A stretch of DNA of 63,916 nucleotides, the filler included, from Sphaeroforma arctica JP610 (Eukaryota): NCBI RefSeq assembly GCF_001186125.1. It is 6 parts of 3 records of this genome, joined end to end, with 100 filler letters (N's around TTAATTAATTAA, not from the genome) between each part and the next. Parts side by side here need not be neighbours in the genome. Positions count along the whole stretch, not along the records: positions 1 to 15,744 come from NW_014040524.1; 5 more parts are not named here. One strand, 5' to 3'. The translations under genes were made by a program, and so were the position numbers. Of the stretch, positions 1-11,771 are shown one piece after another (within the stretch, counting starts at the first letter, position 1; the number at the start of each line of letters is the position of its first letter). Below the pieces are notes generated by a model. It saw only the letters and a program-made list of their open reading frames with translations. It had not been told where the DNA came from and ran no database searches.

Positions 1-1694
1 TGTGTATCTATGTGTGTGTGTGTGTATGTATATATGTGTGTAATCGAGGATGTACGAGACTCTACTAGAGATCTGATCCACCTCGCCCCCCCCCCCTCCC
101 CCCAGCACAAGCTATTGTGCACTGGGTGCTAACGGAATGATTCGTTTGCTCATGAGGTGTGACAGTTCCTGTGAACTATCACTACGCTTGTCATCCTTGG
201 GACAAATTGAAATGCCGTCGAGAGATTTGAGCTCATAGGCGCGTTTCTATCTCGTGCAGATGTATCGATATGTGTGAGCGGTGCGTATATCTGCTTTGTT
301 TGATAAGTCCAGCTTACGCCATTTCTCATGCCATCTGTATCCACAAAGCACGCAATTCCGGAGGACGTGGTGCCGTTGTCGCAAGTATAATTAGGAGATA
401 CGTATAGCCATCAGCTCAGGCGCATCTCCAAACGTGATCTGAAGCGACCAGGAGAATGCCATCGTGGATGGAAATTGGGACACACCGGGCATGACATGTA
501 CTGGGGTTTTAAAATACCCTAAAACCTCCGTCGACGCAAGGCCCTTACGATATTTCTGGATAGCAAGCAATCGTACACACTTTGCGGCATTATACCATCT
601 AAAAATCTATGGGACGCCTCCTGCAGGCAACAGACCTCCGAGTATCGAGGTGTTTTAAGATTAAAGGTGAGGAATATCAGCTGCACGGCTACCCGGGAGC
701 TTGGAAAGCATTGCACGGTGCAAGTTTCCGTCACGATTAGACTGATATTGGTTGGCGATACAAGTTCGCGAATCCATGAACTACCTGCCAAGTCAGTTTG
801 TGCAATTCTTTCTAACGGTACACCAACTAACATTGTCTCATCACTTTTCTCGCTCTCACGGCAATAGATGTGTACAGACATCTTAGTGTTCCTTGCATTG
901 TTTATTCAAGTATTTCTCGTTGACCTCTGATTGTGTTCCTAGATCCCTAACCTGCTGTTGCACATAGTTTTTGCGCATCCCATATAGTGATATATTTCTC
1001 ACCCAACCCGCTCTCTAAAGTGATGTAGTAGGGCGCAGCGGACGATATATCGTAGAATGCTGGATCTATGCTTATGTTCATGTATTCTTCTGTTTATTCG
1101 CTATATGCTTTTGTAAACATTGTGGAAGTGTGTGTCATGCTATTCTGTATATTTGTCCAAGACTTCTGCGCGTGTCCACTGCTGTACTATCCACTTCTTA
1201 GTGTAGTAAACACGGCGACATACACAATTTAACAAATAAAGGTTTTCTTTTTTATTGTTTTCTCGTGCGAGTAAATACGGCGACTTACACAATTTAACAG
1301 CTAAAAGTTTTCTTTTTTATTTCTCGTGCTGTACCATTTTGACCTTCAATCTTGTGCCGACAGCATGACATTCTGGATAATAAATCGGTTGTATGTTTAA
1401 GTGTATCTATGTACTATGCTCTGTAGGTGACCTACTCTGTAGTTGACCGAGCAAGTATGTATAGGTGCGGATCTGCTGCGCTTTTTTCGCTCGTGCGCAA
1501 ATCCTCGGGTGTTATTTATGACACTATGAACTCAGTCGTGACAGATGAACCATGTGCCACTGATTGCGCCACACTTAAATTGCCATTATCTGCATATGGA
1601 TTAGGCCCATCCCCCGCAGTCGACAGTGCGCTTTCGACAGGTTCTTATCTGTTGTTGTTCTTCCTGTCCTCGGCACCTACATCTAATAAGTGGA

Positions 1695-3479
1695 CTATAC
1701 TGAGGCTCCGCCCATAGAGCCATTCGCCCGTAGTGCCCGGTAAATGGCCTTGCCGTGGAGTTTTTTGAACCGGGCCATTGAGTCATTTTCCAATAAATTT
1801 GTCACACTGCGTGCCGCTTCATCAAACATTGTTGCGAAGCAGTCGTCGGCCGCCAGCAACCGTTCAATATTGACCACACACCCATAGGACAGATTGACCT
1901 GGAACTCAGCCGACGACCGGATAAAACGATGGTACATGCGGTTGGCAACCTTGGTTATTTCTCTGTCACACTGCACATTTGCAACCTGTTCCATATCGCT
2001 TGTGCTTATATCCGAGTGTGTGTCTCCTAAGCACTTAGACTCTGTCACCTTTAGCAGTGGAGGTCCTTGTACCCCAGCGCTCCCGTTGGTGAAATTATTC
2101 TTGATCTTGTCCTTGCTACTCTTGTGCTTGATTGAACCCTCCGCCACTGAGGTATCCACAAATACTTGCTCAACCATTTCAGAGACTAATGTAGTACCTT
2201 GAGACATCCGCCTCTTATTGGATGCAGTAGTGCTCTGTGTACTGGCGATCTTGTCCGTCGTACTGCTTGACATGCACATCTCCGTCATGAAACTAGATCG
2301 AAATCTGTTGATGGTCAGCAAAAATAGGAAGTTCTCCGTCGCATACTCACGACTGAGATGCTTGTAGAACATGCTGGTCAGAATTATATTTCCAAGAACC
2401 ATGGTCACGGGTAACGGCTGGTCAACTGGAAAATACGCAGTGTTGTCGTCGTCTTCGTCGATTGTGTCTGGTCGCGTGCGCCCACCCATACCAGCCGAGC
2501 TCTTCAGTCCAACAGCACTCGAGTCAATGTTGTCGCCAGCAACATCTTCAACCTGCTCCCTATTCGACAGCAGAAGCTCACGTTGAGTGCGCATGACGGG
2601 GATGAGTGTCAACAACACAGGCACCACGATGGACAGCACATGTACAGAGAACAGACAGCCGTAAACATAGTGTGAACACGCATTTGATGCCAGTACTTGC
2701 GAGGGCTCGGGGGGCGCATATCGGCAGCCCAAGAGAACCACAGAATCGCCCAATAGAATAAGAGTTGCTATACTAATCTCAATGGTCAGGAAGAAGACGT
2801 CCACTACTATCAGAGGGAACACCAGGATAACTGTGCTGATTTGCGCGGCGCAAATGGACACTCTGTACCAGAACAGAGACTCATTAAGTGCTGCATCGCC
2901 CGCGTCAGGCTCATTCACAGCGAGGATGGTGGTCAGGGTTATAAACCAAGGTGCACATATCAGCGCATAGATTATTAGAATGTGCTTATTCTTCTGATAC
3001 CTTCCCAGTTTAGTAAAAAGTGATGACTGCCACCACAGATACCGCACTGTGCCGCTCGCGTCACTATCACTTCTATCAAGCACGCGCTCGGTATGATTGC
3101 AGTCTGAATTCTTCTTGTCACTAGGAATTCTTAGCAACGACGTCTCATCATGTAATAGACTTGTAATGTGTTGCTGTTGGATTGATTTGATGGCTATATT
3201 GACTATGCGTGTAGTGACAGAGCACAGGAACAACGTTTGCAGACATAGCATGAAAACGGTGACACCATAGGCTGCTGAGTTGGGGATCCACGCATTGTAT
3301 AACAGACACAGAATAGTCATGAGCCCAAACATAGGCACCTGCATCCACAATATCAAATACGGTGCGCGCTCCGAGATCAATGTGTATCGTCTTCGCGAGA
3401 AAAATAGGGGTACTGCGAAGATGAAGATGGCGCAGAAGCAAACGTACACAAACATTTCTGTTGTGATTGTCAACGCCAT
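1695..3479 (-). CDS. 7TM-RGS protein (seven TM helices plus C-terminal regulator of G-protein signalling domain), intronless, 594 aa
   Basis: Single ORF with seven hydrophobic segments in the first ~295 aa. RGS motifs follow: FYKHLSREYATENFLFLLTINRF, MYHRFIRSSAEFQVNLSYGCVVNIE and MFDEAARSVTNLLENDSMARF. Confidence 0.9.
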   Translation of the reverse strand: MALTITTEMFVYVCFCAIFIFAVPLFFSRRRYTLISERAPYLILWMQVPMFGLMTILCLLYNAWIPNSAAYGVTVFMLCLQTLFLCSVTTRIVNIAIKSIQQQHITSLLHDETSLLRIPSDKKNSDCNHTERVLDRSDSDASGTVRYLWWQSSLFTKLGRYQKNKHILIIYALICAPWFITLTTILAVNEPDAGDAALNESLFWYRVSICAAQISTVILVFPLIVVDVFFLTIEISIATLILLGDSVVLLGCRYAPPEPSQVLASNACSHYVYGCLFSVHVLSIVVPVLLTLIPVMRTQRELLLSNREQVEDVAGDNIDSSAVGLKSSAGMGGRTRPDTIDEDDDNTAYFPVDQPLPVTMVLGNIILTSMFYKHLSREYATENFLFLLTINRFRSSFMTEMCMSSSTTDKIASTQSTTASNKRRMSQGTTLVSEMVEQVFVDTSVAEGSIKHKSSKDKIKNNFTNGSAGVQGPPLLKVTESKCLGDTHSDISTSDMEQVANVQCDREITKVANRMYHRFIRSSAEFQVNLSYGCVVNIERLLAADDCFATMFDEAARSVTNLLENDSMARFKKLHGKAIYRALRANGSMGGASV

Positions 3480-4431
3480 GTTGTCAATTCAAATACTATT
3501 ATTCAAAATATTTTAAATTTGTTTACGAAATGACTAGCAAAACCTTTGAAGTTGCGATGTATATATGTTATTTCACAGATAGTTGTTCGATCGGCGTATA
3601 TAAATACAAGACATAGATGAAGGATTTTGGAAGTATAGTTCAGTAAAGCGATAGATTCGGAAGCTTAGTTGGATAATTACAGGACGCCAGAGGAATATTT
3701 ATCTTTCTTTTAGTTCCATTTTGTTTTTTGTTTTTTTTTGTCTCGTTTTTTTAGATAAAATATATAAAACAACGAGTAAATATGGGTTTTTATTTCTTTT
3801 CTACAATTATTTTGTTCTTGTTTTGTCCTTGTTTTGTCCTTATAAGTTTGTTTTTTTTTTAAACCAACATCTTTCTTTTGCTATAAATACCTTTTCCAAA
3901 ACAAAACAAAAATTAACCCAATTCGGCCCTGAGGGCTCGAGCCTCGAGGCCGAATATTAAATAGCAAATATTTAGGTTTGTTTTTATTTATTTATTTGTT
4001 TTTAAAACATTCCTATATATAAAAAATAGGATACAGTCATACCTGTTTATATGTCCTTCTCTTTAAGGTGTCTACCTCTTTATATGTACAATTTCTATTT
4101 TGGCCAACCCCCTATATATGAGTCAGGTCTTTTTAGACCGGTCCTGCAGCCTGCTCTTGGACGTCCGACTATTAATATCACTGATTGGAACTGAGCTAAT
4201 CAGGAGCTAAATGCTCTTTTTTAAATTTGTGCTGTTCATCATAGTGCTCCGGCCATCCGGTCACTGCGGTCAGACCGTCAGAGGGTCGGTGAGACTCAGA
4301 CTCCGGGGTCATTCGTATATTTATCTTCTTTTTTTTAAGTTTTTACAGGTGTGAATATTTCACCTTCCACCTTAGCTTGACGGTAGCTATCTATAATACA
4401 TACACTAGAGTACGTACTACAATAGATCCTG

Positions 4432-5140
4432 ATGGGAGACACTTCTAGTGGTGAACGCTGTTGTGCGAAAGGATGCACTACAACGCACCCAGTGGGTGGT
4501 GTATATAAATGTGCTGGTTGCGATCGAAGTATGCATGCCTTTTGTGGCGTGCATCTTGGTGAGGGCTATGGCTCAAATTCAATCGGTTACTGCCTGTCTA
4601 CAGATAAATGCCAGCCACCGGATGACATGTGGGAGTTTGGTTTCACTAATAACAGACAGACAGAGCCAGACGAATTGACACAAAACGCACCTACAACGAT
4701 AGATAAGCTCACTTTGGTAAGAAGAAGAAAACATATAAACAGACTGTAATATCAAATGTGAGCTCCAATACAACAAAATAAATCACTCTAATAAACAAAG
4801 TTAAAGGTGTCATCTAGCGTACAATCCAGAAAGCGGGATACAGCTTAGACCTATCATGGAAAGACAGCTATCGTAAGAATTTAGTTAAGGAGGCCGTGCG
4901 GGTAGCGCATGCATCATTCGGCGTCGGTATCAAAACAATACGAAGGTTCATGGAGTCTGGAGAGAACATACTCAGTCAGTCTTATGAGGTGCATGCAAAA
5001 AAAGAAATATCGAGAAAGGAGAGGTACACATCACGAGTTCGAGAAGCGTTTGATTGAGTGGGTCGGTAAATAAGGTTTAGAGAAGCAGGTTTTAGTGTAA
5101 GTCAGGGCTTGATCGTCACGAAAGGGGTATTTAAAGAGAG
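4432..5140 (+). pseudogene. Decayed pogo/Tigger-like transposase N-terminus (Cys/His finger, psq-like HTH, CENP-B-like HTH)
   Basis: ORF 4432-4749 has C-x4-C...CxxC-x4-HxxC...EGYG...C. Around 4837-5050 it reads ...AHASFGVGIKTIRRFM (HTH). Frameshifted FEKRLIEWV / RFREAGFSVSQGLIVTKG at 5038-5130 resembles the CENP-B HTH. Stops and frameshifts present; no DDE core seen. Confidence 0.55.
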
Positions 5141-5268
5141 CGCCTAGAATACCTCCTGGTGTGACCCATACTCCCATAGGTTGGACCCCGAACCTGATGG
5201 TATGAAACTGACCCAGACTTGTCTTACAAAAACCCGGGAACAGGGCATATAAAGAGGAATGACTGTAT

Positions 5269-6214
5269 CACTAATACCTAGAATATAGAAATCCTACGAA
5301 TCGTAGGATTTTCAAAAAATTGGCCATACAATTTGGCCCTAGAAAAAAAGTGGATTTTTTTTTTGATATCCTACGAATCGTAGGATTTTGGAAGCCTTTG
5401 ACTTTGGCCCTTATTTACACCCATTTAGATATGTCTTAGGCCTATGCTCTATCTCGCAAATGGGTTTTTAGTTCACTGGAGAAGTGGAAGCCTCATCGCG
5501 GAATAGCAGAAGTACAAGTATATCAAAGGATGTTATGGATACCAGTGCGGGCGACGATGAAGACGACTCTAATGAGCAGGACCTCGACGATAGTATAGGA
5601 GACGACTCCGATGAACTATTTCATGCATTAGGCCTCACAGGATAAATAAGTAAAAAGGACCGCGGGTGTATCTGGTTGCCGCGGACTGCAGTGGGCGGGG
5701 TGAGGCCCACTCCACCTACAACAGTAACAGTGTTGATACTAAACATACATAATAAACAAAACAAAGTGTAATAAGCAGTACATAATGCACCCTTTAAGCC
5801 TATTTAACCATACAACCCAGTTTGTTTTCAAAATAGTGATAAAAAAATTGTATGTTTTCCAAAACAAAATAAAAATTTATAATTTTAATGAAATAAATAT
5901 ATGGCAATTTAAATTTTTTTAGACCGTCTTGTGAAACTTACGAGTCTCTTTTGGATCGATTTTACTTATTTCTGCCCCATTTATTATGGCTTCATATTCA
6001 AATGGGCAGAGTATGCAAAATATAAAAATTGATGAAAAATAAATTTCCTGATCTTTAAGGGACAACGGGTCTGATGAAAATTCGGAATTAGAAATCCTAC
6101 GATTCGTAGGGTTTTACGCTGGGTACCCCTTCCTGGTACAACTTTTTTTTGACGCCTTTTGGCTGCTTTTGTATGAAATATTACGCTTCGTAGGATTTTC
6201 CAGCGGTACTAGTG
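5269..6214. mobile_element. Non-autonomous CACTA (EnSpm)-like DNA transposon, 946 bp
   Basis: Left end CACTAATACC (5269); right end GGTACTAGTG (6205-6214, reverse complement CACTAGTACC). AT dinucleotide on both flanks. Subterminal palindrome ATCCTACGAATCGTAGGAT repeated at ~5291, ~5368 and ~6094, with a partial copy at ~6188. Confidence 0.7.
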
Positions 6215-7996
6215 ATATAGATCGGCCTGAACTTTACTGACGGTGTATTTTAAAAAAGTATTTATCTGTTTCTTGATTAGTGATTCCAAACGAAGGCCCA
6301 TGGACCCAAGGGCCGAAAGAGGCCAAGAGTCCAAGTCTCCAAGTCCCAAGACCCGACAGGCCGACACTGTCACAGAAAAAATATCAAAATAATACCACAG
6401 TCCACACGTTTGCTCCGAACATCCTTGGTCCCTGAGTAAATACTAAAAATACCGTTGTCCCTTGATCAAATCTTTTTACTATTTACTATTTACTACTCTC
6501 TCAAAACTTCAAGAGTGACTTGAGATTTGAGACTTGTGAAGTTGTGAATTGATACATAGTTTGATACTGATATAGTTGAGTCTGTTCAACTGTTATGTTG
6601 AGACTATTTTTTTATAAACAAATAGAGCCTGGCAGCCTGCCAATCTGTCTCGCGTAAAACTGTATAAAAAAAATTTATCAAAATATCAAAAATGTGTGTT
6701 TCACCGTTTCAACTTTCACGTCACTAAATATTTTTACACAAAATGACAAATTGTAGGCTATAATTTATTTTTTTACTTACGTTTTTTAAAAACCTTATGC
6801 GTTTTTTTTTAAATCAAAACTATGTATTTAGTATTTACAATATTTTTTTAAGACCAAATACATATGTAGTTGATGTCAAATAAATTATAATATTACATAA
6901 TGTTATGTATTTGTTTTTAAAAAATATATAGTTTTGTACATTATTTATTAGTCTTATTTATTTTTTAAATACAGCTCATAAATTGAGTACATTCCTACTG
7001 AAAAGTATTTTCTTTTAAAACAATACATATTAAAACCTACAAAAGCTATCAGCATCCAGCCAACCAGCCCAAAAGAGGAATGTTTGTAGTAGTCTTACTA
7101 CTCTCTATTTACTAGAGTACCGTTCTTTTTTTTTTAACTAAAAACTAGATATTTAGCTTCAACGTATGTACTACATATAACATATGTCTATGTAGTATGT
7201 ACTGAGTCCCAAAATATAATAATTTAATGCCTAAATATTTATGAAATATTTATGTTTCTTCAGATGACTACATATGATAATTTTGTTTAAAAAAAATGGT
7301 GATGAAACAAATACTGGAATTCATTCTTTTAAAAATTCAAAATACAGTATGTACATGTAGCCATAAATAGCCCATAAGCCAGCTGAGTGAATAGTGAATA
7401 CAATATGCATATTACATTCCCCAATGTCTACGAGTCTACGCATTGTCAAAAATACATACTCTATACTCTACTTGCTAGAAGAGTAGTCTACAGGCGACAT
7501 ATGGGGGTGTCTAGGGCTTTTTCCCTTTTGACTATCAACCTTTTCTTATATCACATATGTATTGTTTCGGTCGGTCATACTCCTCGGTGATATATAAAAC
7601 AGCCTACAATCTTCATTGGTGATTCAAATATTCCATTGGCCATTCCATTGGTCCCCATTTATGTTTGGGAACAAAACTATGAACTTTACCATCCCAAAAT
7701 CGTAGTATTCTCATTGATATGATGGTTATTATTAACAGTTCTGTGAAAATCAGTCAAACGCAGGGTCATAATGCCAGCACGTATTATATGACTTTGTGTG
7801 ACCCGCGATGTTTCTGGGTTCAGGGCAAGTTTCCATTGGATACCGTAAACTCAGCCTATAAAATTGACTGGATGCCCCGCCTAAGGAATTTGCACTACCT
7901 ACTGGGTCGTAGATTATGAACACAGAGAACAACACGAGAAAATACAATATTGTAGTCCACAAAACACGCTAAAGTAGTATGTAGCTTACTATAATC

Positions 7997-8989
7997 ATGC
8001 CTAGTGCCGAGAACCTAGTTGTATACAACGCCATCACGCGTAAGTTATTGCAATGGTTCAGACCCAATTATGATTTTGAACAACATCCTAATTTAAAGGA
8101 CAATAATGCAGAACTCAGAGAAATACTCTTGGCCACTCAGCCAGATGATCTCTGTCGATACTTTATCGAACTTTTGTATGGAGTACAAGTTCCTGGTCCA
8201 GACGATCGACCCACACTAAAGAGACCCAATGGTATACTATTTGATAAGAAAGCAAAACCCTACACGAAGTATTTAACATTCAAGAGGATGTTGACATTAG
8301 TAAGCTAGTTGAGAAACAACAAGTGCTGGTGATACGGGATGGTAATGATAGTTTTAGGCGGAGAATGTTCAAATAGGAATGTACAAGATCTTCACAACGG
8401 GATAATAGGACTGACGGCTGAAGTGCGACATTTAAAACAAATGATGAAAGAAGATAAACTAGAGTATACTGCACAAAGTACAAGACTAAGAAAGTTACTG
8501 CAAAGAACCAAGAGAGAGATGGCAGCAGGTTTTCATCGCTTAGATTTACCATACAGAGCTAGGCATCATGCACAGAACGCACCACAACAATAAAATAATC
8601 ATCCGCAGAATACCCCACAGCAGAATCAACAACCACATTTCAATCACCAACAACAACAAGATATACGGGAAGCAAAGTTAAGTAAAGGGCCTAAGACATT
8701 ATGGAACCTATGGCTAAAATACGAGGAAGGCCTTGAGACCAACAAGGCAGCCAAAAACTTCACACCACGGGAACGAGGCCGTGGGAAACGTGTACGTAGT
8801 CATAGGAATCACTTTTGGAAAGCAATGGAGATCATATCGAGAGAGCATAGCACTTAAGATGCTATTGATAAACTTGAAACCGCTTATGGCATGCAACTAT
8901 CTGTATCTGCTATGTGTCGAGCGCTAAAGAACGACAAAGAAATTACACAAGTGCAACTAAACCCACAACAACAGCAGCAAATGGGCTAA
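7997..8989 (+). pseudogene. Internally deleted Crypton-like (tyrosine recombinase transposon) ORF remnant
   Basis: N-terminus ...TQPDDLCRYFIELLYGVQVPGPDDRPTLKRPNGILFDKKA. Same-frame C-terminus 8660-8989 reads AKLSKGPKTLWNLWLKYEEGLETNKAAKNFTPRERGRG...FWKAM...AIDKLETAYG, resembling Crypton/GCR1_C-type C-terminal domains. Several in-frame stops; recombinase core absent. Confidence 0.6.
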
Positions 8990-9577
8990 ATTCGCCCTGT
9001 TGTACTTATGAATGAAATATATCTGAAAAAGTCTAAGTATGAGACCTGTGCTAGAATCTGTGTATTTCTATTGGCGGAATTTTGGTCATACTGAGGGTCA
9101 TACACTTCCTATATATCATCGTAGTACATTGTAGGGGGAGTTTTTTTTTTATAACGATGGCAAAAATAGCAAATACCCCACAGACCACAGTCACAGTGAC
9201 CCACACCCCATACAATACGTACTATTTTAAAAATTGCCAGATAATTTTACTCCGAGTCTTCAGACTCTGGAGCACACTCTCTCGCTCTCTCACTCTCAGC
9301 CGATATCATCAGTGCCAAAATTAAAATGTGACGAATCGTCATATTCTACCAAAAAGCACCCAATAATGTATTATTCTTCAATATATTTTTTCTATCAAAA
9401 GTATGAAAGAAAAATTCCAACAATCATACAATGTGACGAATCGACTTTCTAGATACAAAGGTAAATAGTCACTAATAAAATACATATCGCCCCAGTATAC
9501 TGTATTTTAGAACAAGAATCGACAGATTCTGTCGATTTTACTATAAAGTATGTATAGAGACCAATAAAGTATTATTC

Positions 9578-10243
9578 TTGAATGATTGTAAAAATGATGC
9601 TGACATGTGGCCGTACTCAATCAATTGGGTACAGACACAGATGAACGAATCCCCTGATTCAGTAACTGGTACAACACCCGCTCACTATTTCCGGGGCCGT
9701 TATAGTGAATTACAGATCCCCTTCAACAAGGAGTCTCAAGATGATCATGTGCTACCATGGCTAGAGAAGATGCGTCGTACCAGAGATGTCGTCTTGTCTT
9801 GCTTGAGAGAGATAAAGGACATCGCTCTCAAGAAGAGACAAAAGCGATGTAATGATACCAAGAAAATAGTCGAGTTTGAGGTAGGCGATATAGTCAACAT
9901 TATGGCTCGCAGCTCCGATACAACTGTGCTTACGGCTAATTATATTGGACCATTTATGATCTCAGTGGCCGATAAGAAGAGCGGGACGTATGAAGTTAAT
10001 AACGTTGACGGCTCTAGTGCCTTAAATATCGGGTCTCATCGAATCACTACGACAGAAATCATCCTTCGTCGCACATGTGAAGCTACTACACCTCTTATGT
10101 CTTACGAGTTTAAGAAGATTCTAGGGAAGTACAAACATGAGGATAAGACATATTACACTACGGAGTTCGCTGATGGAGCACAGTATGATCTTCCACCATC
10201 AGTATTTGATGATCCGGATGTACTAAAGGCTTTTAATAAGTAG
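9578..10243 (+). mobile_element. Ty3/Gypsy pol 3' end: integrase C-terminus with GPY/F motif and chromodomain-like tail
   Basis: SVTGTTPAHYFRGR (integrase end), FEVGDIV...YIGPFMI (GPY/F module), then YEFKKILGKYKHEDKTYYTTEF...LPPSVFDDPDVLKAF (chromodomain-like). Confidence 0.8.
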
Positions 10244-10543
10244 TTTTACAAACACTTACACAAAAAATAAGGCTGATGCAGAAGCAATATTACCATCGAA
10301 TAAGCGACCCAACGTGATTAAGATCTATCCACAGACATCATACATTCCCAGCTTTAAACAGCATGGAATGTACGTACCTCCAAAAGGCATTTATCCACCA
10401 TCGAGGACCACAAAGATCGAAGCTCAAACATAATAGAGTAACCGAGTAACTTATAACGTCTAAGTATACTTTCTTCGGTCGGTTTGTCATTCTAAAATAT
10501 CTCTGGGGCATTCTTTGGATTCCCTTCCGGTAGTGGATTTGGG

Positions 10544-11771
10544 TTAGGCTCTCGACATTGCTGTTGCGTCCAATCCAGGAGATAATTGAGCTTCGGGTGA
10601 TGAAGATCGGATTCTGCTTGCCTCTCCATTGTCTGACAACATCTCAAACGCCAATATGGCTTGATAGAGTACCAAATGGTTTGATATCAAATCGGGAAGG
10701 TCTACAAGAAGATCCCGAATTGCGTACCAAATTAAGAATGCAAAACTTTCATTTCTCCTAGTTCCGAATACCTCCGGCAGTATCTTTTGAAATTGACGTA
10801 AAAGTTTGCGTGCTTGCTTACCTTCGTCAGTTTTCATTAATTTTAGCCGATTGTAATATTTAGTATATCTAAACAAATCGTACCCAAACTTTCCTATCGC
10901 TGCATTCATCACATTCCTCGGTGAGATGGTACCATCTGGTTTGGTCTTCAATACGTCCGGAAAGTACGTTCCATACGTATTTCGAAACACCCATGCCCTG
11001 CTGTCGGATCAACTCTCGTTGACCCTCCTCCTGAATATCAATCTGCGCCTGGTATGAATTGCCCAGATCAAAGTTATGTCGCCAAGCCGGTCAGAGTGGT
11101 GTTTTGGGTATACGCAGGAATTGTGAGGCAATCCTGCTGTCCGAATCGTTATCCTGACGGTGAAATGTCTGGTACACATTATCCGGACCTATATCCACGA
11201 AACGGAGTTGTTCTTCCGATACGTTGATTTGGGGTTGATCCAACAGTGCTGTTGGCTCATCCTCCGAGTCATCCTCCCCTGATTCATCATGACTTTGATC
11301 CTTCGCTGCGGCTTGCTTTTTCTTTCGCTGCTTAGTAGGTCTCAAATCATGTACCATTAGTTGGTAGTCTTTCAGAAAGGCTCTCCTATCCCTTGCTATC
11401 ATGTGATAAGTAGGATTTCGCCCACGTGCTTTGCACGTATCTGATTCCAGTGCATGTCGCACTTCCTCTGAAGTTGAATTGTCCGAGGATTGCGTTTTCT
11501 CGGCCTTTCCTGTTCGAGATTTCGCCTTCTTCGCTGGTGGCTTCTGTGGCTCCGTAGTCACATTACTTCCAGATGCACCTATACCCGAGTCAACCAACTT
11601 CTTACGTTTTTGTTTAGTCAGAGTTGGTACCGGTTGTCTCGGCGTGATCTCAGTTACGTCAGAGTCCACTGATGATGCCGGGGATGTTTTCTGCTTTTCA
11701 TCGCCTGCAGTTAACCAATTTACTTTTGCAGTCTTAGCTACATTCGTTGCTTTATTGTTTCCATTCGTCAT
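10544..11771 (-). pseudogene. Antisense ORF (two frame segments, 226 aa + 148 aa) downstream of Gypsy pol; function unknown
   Basis: ATG at 11771 gives a K/S/D/E-rich N-terminus with NLS-like basic clusters (KQKRKK, KQRKKKQ). A second segment lies at 10544-10990. Both converge on the pol stop. Confidence 0.45.
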
